From assembly GCA_903894145.1 (NCBI GenBank), contig CAITPB010000255.1, forward strand, positions 1-43,624: a stretch of 43,624 nucleotides of DNA, read 5' to 3'. The notes beneath the pieces were generated by a model that was not told the DNA's origin, did not search any database, and was given only the letters and a program-made list of their open reading frames with translations. Origin of the DNA: Candidatus Firestoneibacteriota bacterium. Its GTDB lineage: Bacteria > Oederibacteriota > D2-FULL-39-29 > CAIOVX01. Of the stretch, positions 27,396 to 35,560 are shown piece after piece; the stretch's first letter is position 1, and every line of letters begins with the position of its first letter. Position numbers and translations under genes: made by a program.

Positions 27396-28454
27396 TTAGA
27401 CCGCCCTTTGTCTGTTAATTTTCCAGATTTCCCTAACCTGTTCCCCGCCGGACACATAGACATTATCATATAAATTGACGGTAGTGCAACAATGGCTTGG
27501 CAATATCTTTATCCTGTCTCCAGGCATAAGAGAGCCCTGCGCCAACTTAAGTCTTGTGTGCTCTTCGTTCAGGTTCTCAATGCTTCCTGTTTTATCAAGC
27601 AACAGAGGCATGCCGTTCTCCGTCGTCAAGGCCTTGCGCCCCGCGTCAGCTGTGTACTCCCCTTTTCCTCTGGAGGCAAGGATTGTCGCGTGCACGCACA
27701 ATGAGGGAATAAATTCTTTCTTTATTGCCAGGTATTTAGTATCCATAAAAACATATGACCCGGGCTGAATATCCGTTATGTCTGAATTCCTGCCGGTAAG
27801 GTCATAAGTACCGGTGCCGCCGCCGGAGACAATTCCGCATTTAATATTAATCCCGGAAAGCAGTCTTTTCGTTCCGACAAGCAGTTCCATAGCGGCTGCC
27901 GCCGTTTTTTTCCTTTCTTCCGGATCGGAAAGCAGCACGGCATGCCCCTCATAGCCCTGCAGTCCTTTGAATTCAATATTTGGACAGGCCAGGACCTTTT
28001 TTACAAAATGAACGGCATCCTCTCCGGGTTTTCTCCCGGCCCGGTTCAGGCCTATGTCAACCTCGACCAACACTTTTAATTTAACTCCTGCCGCTCCGGC
28101 GAGCTTGTCAAGCAGCCTGAGGTTATTTTCCGAATCGACACAGAGCAGGACTTCGGAAGCAATGTCGCAAAGATTTAGAAATCTTTTTATCTTAGCCTGC
28201 TCAATCAGTTGGTTCGCGAGCAGCACGCTTTTGATTCCGCCTTTGACCAGAGCTTCCGCTTCATCTATAGTCTGCGCGGTAATTCCCACGGCTCCGGCTT
28301 TCATCTGCAGGCTGGCAATCTCAAGACATTTGTGGGTTTTAAAATGCGGCCTGATGCCGACATGGTTCTTCCTGCCGAAATCAGCCATCAGTTTAATGTT
28401 TTGCTTTAGCAGTTCAAGGTCCAGTACCAGAGCAGGCGTTACGATTTCGTTCAT
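27396..28454 (-). CDS. DSD1/D-threonine aldolase-like fold-type III PLP enzyme
   Basis: TPALVLD, RPHFKTHK (PLP Lys), GLQGYEGH, SGGGTGT, QPGSYVFMD, EEH, HCCTTVN. Confidence 0.9.
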   Translation of the reverse strand: MNEIVTPALVLDLELLKQNIKLMADFGRKNHVGIRPHFKTHKCLEIASLQMKAGAVGITAQTIDEAEALVKGGIKSVLLANQLIEQAKIKRFLNLCDIASEVLLCVDSENNLRLLDKLAGAAGVKLKVLVEVDIGLNRAGRKPGEDAVHFVKKVLACPNIEFKGLQGYEGHAVLLSDPEERKKTAAAAMELLVGTKRLLSGINIKCGIVSGGGTGTYDLTGRNSDITDIQPGSYVFMDTKYLAIKKEFIPSLCVHATILASRGKGEYTADAGRKALTTENGMPLLLDKTGSIENLNEEHTRLKLAQGSLMPGDRIKILPSHCCTTVNLYDNVYVSGGEQVREIWKINRQRAV

Positions 28455-28975
28455 TTTTGCTCCAGGGCGGCTATAACAGCCCTGCAGAAGGCCGGCAGGT
28501 CATCCGGATTTCTTGAGGTTATGAGGTTGCCGTCAATTGCAACTTCTTTGTCCACAAAATTCGCGCCTGCGGCGGCCATATCATCTTTTATGGCCATGAA
28601 AGCCGTCGCGGTTTTCCCTTTTAGGATACCGGCGGAAACCAGCACCGAGCCCGCGTGGCAGATTGCGGCGATTACTTTACCCGCTTTAAAAGCGTCTGAC
28701 ACGAGCTTGACCGGCGCTTTGAAGCGCCTGATGAAATCGGGGGCCCAGCCGCCGGGAATTATTACGGCGTCAACGTTCTTGAAATCAACTTTATCAGCCG
28801 TGGTTGTCGTCTTTACCGGATAGCCGAACTTTCCGTGATAGAGTTCCGCGCTTCCGGTTCCCGCGACTATCACTTCGGCGCCTTCTTCCTTGAACCTATA
28901 GTACGGATACATTACTTCCATGTCCTGGAACTGCTCGGCGACAAGAATTACAACCCGTTTTCCTGTTAGAGACAT
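28451..28975 (-). CDS. pfpI: PfpI/DJ-1 family intracellular protease/glyoxalase
   Basis: IPGGWAPD, AAICHAG, DGNLITSRNPDDLPAF. Confidence 0.92.
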   Translation of the reverse strand: MSLTGKRVVILVAEQFQDMEVMYPYYRFKEEGAEVIVAGTGSAELYHGKFGYPVKTTTTADKVDFKNVDAVIIPGGWAPDFIRRFKAPVKLVSDAFKAGKVIAAICHAGSVLVSAGILKGKTATAFMAIKDDMAAAGANFVDKEVAIDGNLITSRNPDDLPAFCRAVIAALEQK

Positions 28976-28992
28976 AAAGCCTCCTCATTAAT

Positions 28993-29132
28993 CAAATCTC
29001 AAATCACAAGCACCAAACCCCAAATAAAAACAAAAAAAACAAACCACAAACTGACCCTATAATTACTTGTATTTTATCCTTTTTTGTTCTTTGGTGCTTA
29101 TCTGGCGCTTGGTGCTTGTTATTTGGTGCTTG
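28993..29132. repeat. Hairpin cassette with 7-nt periodic arms (same family as inner element 578-728)
   Basis: Left arm aaatctc aaatcac aagcacc aaacccc aaataa; right arm revcomp aagcacc aaataac aagcacc aagcgcc agataagcacc. Confidence 0.88.
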
Positions 29133-29137
29133 TTTTA

Positions 29138-30208
29138 TTAATACTTACCCAATTCCTTCGCCAGCCTCATAAACTCCTGAAACTGCGTCAGGGACACGCT
29201 GTCAGGAATAGAATGATCGGTTGCGACAATATAGCCGCCGTTCTTTTTCATCATCGGAATTAAGTGCCGCATTTCGTCCCACATCACCTGCGGTATTTTG
29301 TAGGACATCGCGTTTAGCCCGCCCATAAAGGTCAGCTTATCGCCAAACTCTTTCTTGAGCTTCTCCGGATCCATGCCGGCCTTGACTTCAAGCGGATTGA
29401 GAATATCAAGACCCATTCCGACAAGATCCGGAACAAACGGCATTATATCTCCGCAAGAATGCAGGTGCGCTTTCATTCCGTTGGCATGCGCGAAATCGAT
29501 GCATTGCTTGTGGAAAGGTTTGAGCAGTTCGCGGTACATGTCCAATGAGAAAAACTGATTGTACTTGTAGCCCATATCATCATACCAGAATACTTCGTCA
29601 AACTTATAGCCTTCGTCCAGAATGAGCTTTATCTGGCTCAGGTTCAGTTCAAGGTGTGTCTTAAACATATCCTGCATCCATTCAGGGTCCTCAACGAGCG
29701 CCATAAGAACCCGCTCCGTGCCTACCATCCATGAATGCGTCACATCAAATCCAAACCAGTTTACAAGCCCCATCCAGGCCCCTGCTTCCCGGTTCTTCTT
29801 ATAATTGGTCTTCAAATAACCCCATTCTATACGGTCCCTTGACGGCGTCATCCGCGCCTTTGCTTTTTCCCACGCATCGCGCGAGGTTATTGTAAAGTCA
29901 ATAAACTCGGGGGTGCTGCCGGCGTGCTTCCAGTTTTTCATAGTAACGCCCCATTTTGATTTCTTTATTATGTATTCCTCAGTTTCTTCAACCACTTCCT
30001 GCGGGTAACTCGGTGAATTGTCACAGATATGCCAGCGGCAGTATTTGTCCATACCAAAGAAGTCCTGAAAATCAGCGCCTTTCGGCATGCCTTCCCTTTC
30101 CCATCTCTCTACGGCTGTCGGCCAGGGATTGTCGATTATCGGGCAACGGTCAGCTTCCTTATGTTCAACTATCAATTTCACTCTCTCTCTTGTTGTCAGT
30201 TCTTTCAT
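29138..30208 (-). CDS. Uroporphyrinogen decarboxylase (URO-D)/MtaA-like family protein
   Basis: TTRERV...EADRCP, YDDMG, HLHSCG, LNPLEVKAGMD, FMGG, GGYIVATDHSIP. Not canonical HemE. Confidence 0.85.
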   Translation of the reverse strand: MKELTTRERVKLIVEHKEADRCPIIDNPWPTAVERWEREGMPKGADFQDFFGMDKYCRWHICDNSPSYPQEVVEETEEYIIKKSKWGVTMKNWKHAGSTPEFIDFTITSRDAWEKAKARMTPSRDRIEWGYLKTNYKKNREAGAWMGLVNWFGFDVTHSWMVGTERVLMALVEDPEWMQDMFKTHLELNLSQIKLILDEGYKFDEVFWYDDMGYKYNQFFSLDMYRELLKPFHKQCIDFAHANGMKAHLHSCGDIMPFVPDLVGMGLDILNPLEVKAGMDPEKLKKEFGDKLTFMGGLNAMSYKIPQVMWDEMRHLIPMMKKNGGYIVATDHSIPDSVSLTQFQEFMRLAKELGKY

Positions 30209-30217
30209 GGGAAACTC

Positions 30218-31486
30218 CTATAATGCCGAATGTTTTAGTAATGCCAGGCAGAATGCTATTGCCGGCAGGAACGGAACTAGCATAAAAAGGTAAGGATAGC
30301 TTTCAGTAATCTCAACCTCAAAATACCCGCAAGATAGAACATAACACAGGTGCACGGGTGAAAGCAACACTCCGGCATAACCGCTGATAAAAGCGAAGGA
30401 AAGCATCGGGATGTTTATGGAAGCCCCCTGCGCGAGGAACGGCAGTATGAGCGGGAAGGTAATGCCCACATAGGCCTGTACCACGCCGGTTAGAAGTCCC
30501 GCGGTAAAAGGCAGAGCGAAGACCACCAATAGCGGGCTTATCCCGGCGAAAATGAAATATTGATTCAGTTCGGTTATGGCGCCGGAGATATCCAGCATAT
30601 TCTTAAAATACATTACCCCGAATATCAGCAGGAGTATTTCCGGGGAAAGCGCTCTTTTCAGCAGTCCGGGCAGCAGTTTAAGCTCCATCCTGTAACTTAA
30701 CTGCATTGTGATTATCACGGCAAGCAGCGCCGGAATAAAAAGCCTGTTGTTTAACAGGACCGCGGCGGCAATGAAGAGCACAGGCAGAGTTCCTTCCAGC
30801 AGGTTAAGAATATGAGCCTTAAGGCTGTTGCCGTCTTTTGGCATGTCAGCGGGTTTTGGCACCTTATGGAAGGAAACAAACCAGCCCGCGGCCAGCATAA
30901 AGACCACGAGCGGCCACTGGCAGGAAACAAGAGATACAATGGCCACTCCAGTAATTGCCGAGGCCAAAAGCAATCCCGGGTAAAGCGGAAGTATCGGTTC
31001 CCAGATATGCCTGAACCAGTAATTTGCGAAGGCTTTTTTTGAGGCCTTCATATAGGAGCCCTTTAGAGCTTCTCCGACCATCGGAGCCGAAAATCTCGCG
31101 CCTCCGGCGGAGGGCAAGACCCCAAGAAGCACGGGAAAGAAGACCGCCACTTTTCTTGGGTCGCGGAGAAGGTGCCCTGCTGAAGCTATCATCCTGTCGA
31201 AAACTCCCGCCTTTCTCATAACAGATTCAAGCAGGCCGATGAGGTAAAGAATCAGCATAAGTTCCACGGTTATGAAAGAGCCGGTCTTAGGGTCCGGCTC
31301 AAAGACGGTGCGCAGAATATTGCGGAAGATTTCGACCGGGTCAATACGGAACATCAAAACAAGGAAGAACGCGGAGATAACGAGCGAAAGTCCAAGAGAG
31401 AGTTTTAAGCGCAACGCAAGGATTATCAGGACAAAGATGAAACCTACCTTGAAGATTATCCAGAAGTCGGGAGCGGCAACCGGCAT
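30218..31486 (-). CDS. DUF401 family multi-pass membrane protein (putative transporter)
   Basis: GVLPSAGGARFSAPMV, NYWFRHIWE..LPLYPG, GVLLSPVHLC..LS..YF. Confidence 0.88.
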   Translation of the reverse strand: MPVAAPDFWIIFKVGFIFVLIILALRLKLSLGLSLVISAFFLVLMFRIDPVEIFRNILRTVFEPDPKTGSFITVELMLILYLIGLLESVMRKAGVFDRMIASAGHLLRDPRKVAVFFPVLLGVLPSAGGARFSAPMVGEALKGSYMKASKKAFANYWFRHIWEPILPLYPGLLLASAITGVAIVSLVSCQWPLVVFMLAAGWFVSFHKVPKPADMPKDGNSLKAHILNLLEGTLPVLFIAAAVLLNNRLFIPALLAVIITMQLSYRMELKLLPGLLKRALSPEILLLIFGVMYFKNMLDISGAITELNQYFIFAGISPLLVVFALPFTAGLLTGVVQAYVGITFPLILPFLAQGASINIPMLSFAFISGYAGVLLSPVHLCYVLSCGYFEVEITESYPYLFMLVPFLPAIAFCLALLKHSAL

Positions 31487-31489
31487 GGA

Positions 31490-33202
31490 CTACATCCTTG
31501 ACGGGGCTGATACACCAAGCAGGTCCAAACCCCTCTTGATAACTTTGCGCACGGCGTTGATTAGAACAAGCCTTGCAAGCGAAAGTTCCCTGTCTTCGGT
31601 GACAACCCTGTGCTTATTATAGAAAGAATGGAACAGCCCTGCAAGCTCCTCAAGGTACTTTGGCACCAGGTGCGGGGAGCTTTCCAGCGCGGCGTGAAGC
31701 AGCGTATCCGGGAGATTGTTTATCTTTTTCAGCAGTTCCAGCTCTTCCGGTTCCTTTAGCAGCGAAAGATTCACTTCGGACGCCTTCTTGGGTTCTATTC
31801 CCGAGACTTTCGCGTGCTCAACGACATTGAAGATTCTCGCGTGAGCGTACTGCACATAATACACAGGATTCTCATCAGTGTGTTTTTTTGCCAGGTCCAT
31901 GTCAAAATCCAGGTGACTTTCCAGGCTGCGCCGCAGAAAGAAATACTTTGCCGCGTCCGGCCCGACATCCTCAACGAGTTCGTCCATAGTAATAAAACTG
32001 CCTTTGCGCTTGCTCATCTTGAACGGCTGTCCGTCCTTAATGAGATTTACCTGCTGGGCAATAAGCACCTGAAAGTCCTCGGCTTTATGGCCGAGAGCCA
32101 TAACAGCGGCTCTCATCCTCGGTATGTACCCGTGGTGGTCAGGACCCCAGATATTTATCAGTTTGTCGGCCCTGTCGAATTTCTCCTTATGATAGGCAAT
32201 GTCGGCCGACAGGTAGGTAAGCTCGCCGTCTTTCTTGATAAGCACCCTGTCCTTGTCATCCCCGGCGTTTACCGCGGTCGACATAAACCAGACAGCGCCG
32301 TCCTCTTCCTTGAGCAATCCTTTCCCGGCGAGTATTGCCGCGGTCTCTTTGACTTTGTTGTTTGCCGGATAGCGCTTCAAGACTTCCAAATCAGGGAGCT
32401 TTTTTTCTTCCGGCGCGTGAAGCAGGAGTTCGGAGTACCACAAATCGAATTCCACGCCGTAGGAAGAAAGGCTTTTTGCCTGATCCATAACCATCCAGGC
32501 AAGACCTTTGTGCTTGAATATTTTAATCCTTTCCTCTTCCGGGAAAACAAAATATTTATCCCCGTCTTCGTTCTTAATTCTTCCGGCAAGCTCTTTCACG
32601 TATTCCCCGGCGTAACAATCTTCAGGGAAAACAATCTTTTTGCCGAATAGTTCTTCATAGCGAAGGCTTATTGATTTTCCAAATATATTGGTCTGATTCC
32701 CGACATCGTTGATGTAAAACTCTTTTGTGACAGAAAACCCCGCATTCTTCAGTAAATTGGCCAGGCAATTCCCTACGGCGGCTGCCCGCGCGTTCACAAC
32801 ATTTAGAGGCCCTACCGGATTTGCGCTGACAAATTCAATGTTTATCCTGACACCCTTGCCGGCTGCTGAAGAGGCAAAATTCTCGCTTTCATCGACCTTG
32901 AGGAGCAGGTCAAAGAGATGTCCTTCGCTCAGGAAAAAATTTATAAAACCGGCGCCTGCTATCTCGGCTTTTGAAACCATTGTTTTATCAATTTCAAGGC
33001 GCGCGAGTATCTTCTCCGCGGCTTCGCGGGGATTCAGTTTGGCTCGCTTCGCAATCTGCATAACGAAATTGGTCGACAGGTCCCCGAACTTCCCGTGCCT
33101 GGGGACATCGAAGCCGATCTCTACGCCTTCCGGGTCAAACCCCGCTTCACTTGCGGCTTTTTTTAGCGCGTTTTTTAGGTTTTGCCTTACTTTTTCCAGC
33201 AT
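31490..33202 (-). CDS. argS: Arginine--tRNA ligase
   Basis: FGDLSTN, AGAGFINF, EFVSANP, EFYIND.GNQ, GDDKDRVL, WGPDHHGY, KMSKR, YVQYAHAR, GVSAPSRM. Confidence 0.97.
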   Translation of the reverse strand: MLEKVRQNLKNALKKAASEAGFDPEGVEIGFDVPRHGKFGDLSTNFVMQIAKRAKLNPREAAEKILARLEIDKTMVSKAEIAGAGFINFFLSEGHLFDLLLKVDESENFASSAAGKGVRINIEFVSANPVGPLNVVNARAAAVGNCLANLLKNAGFSVTKEFYINDVGNQTNIFGKSISLRYEELFGKKIVFPEDCYAGEYVKELAGRIKNEDGDKYFVFPEEERIKIFKHKGLAWMVMDQAKSLSSYGVEFDLWYSELLLHAPEEKKLPDLEVLKRYPANNKVKETAAILAGKGLLKEEDGAVWFMSTAVNAGDDKDRVLIKKDGELTYLSADIAYHKEKFDRADKLINIWGPDHHGYIPRMRAAVMALGHKAEDFQVLIAQQVNLIKDGQPFKMSKRKGSFITMDELVEDVGPDAAKYFFLRRSLESHLDFDMDLAKKHTDENPVYYVQYAHARIFNVVEHAKVSGIEPKKASEVNLSLLKEPEELELLKKINNLPDTLLHAALESSPHLVPKYLEELAGLFHSFYNKHRVVTEDRELSLARLVLINAVRKVIKRGLDLLGVSAPSRM

Positions 33203-33551
33203 CTTTTTTCTTTGTCTCCTTTAGAAATAATGCGTCGCCCCAGAGCCGCTCGAGCGCGTAAAACTCCCTCGTAGTCTGTTCAAAAACATGCACGACGACA
33301 TCGCTGTAATCAAGCAGAGACCAGTTGCTGCCGCGGTCCTGCTCGCGATGCGTAGCCCAAACACCTTCGCGCCTAAGTTCCTTTTCTATATTATCAGCGA
33401 TAGCTTCACAATGCGGAGACGAGTCCCCGCTAATTATCACAAAATAATCCGCGATGTAATTGAGGCCTTTCAGGTCCAGTATGGAAATATTTTCGCCTTT
33501 CTTGTCGTCCGCGAGTTCGACGATCCTGTCAACAAGCTTTTTGCCTTCCAT
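33147..33551 (-). CDS. rsfS: Ribosomal silencing factor RsfS
   Basis: DKKGENI..LD, ADYFVI, WSLLDYSDVVVHVF...REFYALERLW. Confidence 0.95.
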   Translation of the reverse strand: MEGKKLVDRIVELADDKKGENISILDLKGLNYIADYFVIISGDSSPHCEAIADNIEKELRREGVWATHREQDRGSNWSLLDYSDVVVHVFEQTTREFYALERLWGDALFLKETKKKDAGKSKAKPKKRAKKSRK

Positions 33552-34402
33552 TATTCCTCCTTGAATTGCTGCTGTTTTCTAAGCGCGGTTCTTGTTTCCC
33601 GCGTGTCGGTTTTCCAGTAACTTTTCCCGCTGACACTAACCGGCTCCCCGGGGAGGGTCAGCATCCTTGCGTCGCTCAGGCTGTAGTTTTTGAAAACACC
33701 GTAGAGCCTCAGAATTGTTTCCACGGGGACATTTGTTTTCAAATTCCTTTTAACTATTGAATACACCCTGGGAATTTTCTCGAGAGTCAGGTGCGTCTTT
33801 GCCTTGTCCAGAAACGCCGCCATAAACTTTTGCTGGCGCTCTATCCGCCCGATATCCGCTAACGGGTCGCTCCTGAACCGCAGGTATTTAACGGCCGCCT
33901 TTCCGTCAAGTTTTTGAAGCCCGGGCTTAAAATCAATATAGAGTCCGCCGGCAACATCGGTATAATGCATATTTTTCTTTATCTCAATTTTGATTCCGCC
34001 GAAAAGATCGACCAGCTCTTCTACAGCGCCGTAATCAACAAGAAAATAGTATGGAATAGAAAGCCCGGTGAGGCGCTCAACTTCTTTCCTGACTTCGTCC
34101 GCAGCGGCCGCGTGCCCGCTCTTAATGAAAACGGAAGCGTAGATGGTGTTTATCTTCATGTCGCGCCCACCGTATTTCACCAGGGTGTCCCTGGGGACAG
34201 AGAAGAGGGTTATCTTCACCGCCTTCACATCAATTATCGCCGCCATAATCGTATCGGAGTGCCGGCTGTTCTTCTCAACCTCATCGACGCCCAGCAGCAG
34301 AATATTCGAAAAGCTCTCTTTGGCCGTGAAATAATACCGGCTGACAACCGCCGTTCCGGCCAGAAGCGCGACTATGACCAACCATTTTATCAACTTGAGC
34401 AT
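33551..34402 (-). CDS. LCP (LytR-CpsA-Psr) family protein
   Basis: N-terminal TM; NILLLGVD, SDTIM, SVPRDT, KIN, YLRFR, DIGRIERQQ. Confidence 0.92.
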   Translation of the reverse strand: MLKLIKWLVIVALLAGTAVVSRYYFTAKESFSNILLLGVDEVEKNSRHSDTIMAAIIDVKAVKITLFSVPRDTLVKYGGRDMKINTIYASVFIKSGHAAAADEVRKEVERLTGLSIPYYFLVDYGAVEELVDLFGGIKIEIKKNMHYTDVAGGLYIDFKPGLQKLDGKAAVKYLRFRSDPLADIGRIERQQKFMAAFLDKAKTHLTLEKIPRVYSIVKRNLKTNVPVETILRLYGVFKNYSLSDARMLTLPGEPVSVSGKSYWKTDTRETRTALRKQQQFKEE

Positions 34403-34968
34403 TTTTTTACAAATGATTCCAACACTTTCACCGACAGGGGATGAAGTTTCTTGCCTTTGCGGGCTATATAGGTGAAATTGTTCGCCAGGGCCAGGACCAT
34501 TGCGGCATCAAGGTCTTCGCGTGAGATGGCGCGCAACTCAGCTACACCCTTATACGAGCGGCCCGGCTCTATCTTATCGGCCAGGAAGACAGCCTTGCTT
34601 AAACCGTCCATTTGAGGGCTTCCTGTCACATGATTCCTTATTGCCTTGAGTACCGAGGGATCCTTAACTTTAAAAACGCGCCTCGCGACCTCTTCCCCCG
34701 CTTTCGCGTGCCAGAGCGCCGGGATATTTTTCTCTTCGTCGCTATAACTTATATAGCGGAGCAGCGGGGCCACCTCCGCCGCTTTCATGTTCTTCCCCGC
34801 ATCGTGAAGCAGCCCTGCCAGTTTGGCCTTCTTTTCCGGCAGGCGGTGCCGCCTGGCAAGCCCGGCAGCAGTTTTTGAAACGCGCAGGACATGCAGGTAT
34901 TTTTCCCGCGGCAGAGACCTCTTCAGGAAAGCCTTTATCTCAGTGTTTATAGAGTTTTTCGTCGGCAA
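34390..34968 (-). CDS. yqeK: HD-domain symmetrical Ap4A hydrolase YqeK
   Basis: HVLRV, LLHDAGK, WHAKAG, HVTG, FLADKIEPGR; lies between nadD and rsfS. Confidence 0.9.
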   Translation of the reverse strand: MPTKNSINTEIKAFLKRSLPREKYLHVLRVSKTAAGLARRHRLPEKKAKLAGLLHDAGKNMKAAEVAPLLRYISYSDEEKNIPALWHAKAGEEVARRVFKVKDPSVLKAIRNHVTGSPQMDGLSKAVFLADKIEPGRSYKGVAELRAISREDLDAAMVLALANNFTYIARKGKKLHPLSVKVLESFVKKCSS

Positions 34969-35521
34969 TGTATTTCTCCACTTCTCTCGGGACCATATAA
35001 TGAATGCTCTTGCCTGCCCGTATCAGATTCCTTATCTCCGTTGAAGAAACTTCAACATCCCGCACGTTCAGGAAATGCCCGACATTTCGGACCGCCTTCT
35101 CGATGGTATCATGTTCCGGACGCGTCATGACCACAAACTCACATTCGTTTATTAGAATATTTATGTCCTTCCAGGTGTGAAGCGCCGGCAAGATGTCGGC
35201 GCCAATGATAAAGAATATCCGCGCGTCCGGGTATTTCCCTTTAAAATGGCGCACGGTGTCTATGGAATAGGATTTACCCTTTCTCTTAAGTTCAACATCC
35301 GAGAGCGTGAACCCCGGGTTATCGCGTATTGCCAGCTTGACCATCGCCTGCCTGTGCCTCGCTTCAAGCATATCGCTCCCGACTTTGTGGGGAGGAGTGC
35401 CGCAGGGGATGAAGTACATTTTCTCAAGCTTGAGCTTGTTCAGTATGTCCTGGGCCACAACCAGGTGCCCAATGTGCACCGGATTAAAGGTTCCGCCAAA
35501 CAATCCTATCCTTCCGCTCAA
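34940..35521 (-). CDS. nadD: Nicotinate-nucleotide adenylyltransferase
   Basis: GGTFNPVHIGH, PPHK, SYSIDT, IIGAD, VSSTEIR. Confidence 0.96.
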   Translation of the reverse strand: MSGRIGLFGGTFNPVHIGHLVVAQDILNKLKLEKMYFIPCGTPPHKVGSDMLEARHRQAMVKLAIRDNPGFTLSDVELKRKGKSYSIDTVRHFKGKYPDARIFFIIGADILPALHTWKDINILINECEFVVMTRPEHDTIEKAVRNVGHFLNVRDVEVSSTEIRNLIRAGKSIHYMVPREVEKYIADEKLYKH

Positions 35522-35560
35522 TTTGCCCCCTATGTTTCAAGCATCAGGCTTTTAGTTAAT

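Noticed and set aside
29138-30208. Calling this gene hemE
   Set aside because: It lacks the HemE RQAGR signature; it belongs to the broader URO-D/methyltransferase-like family.
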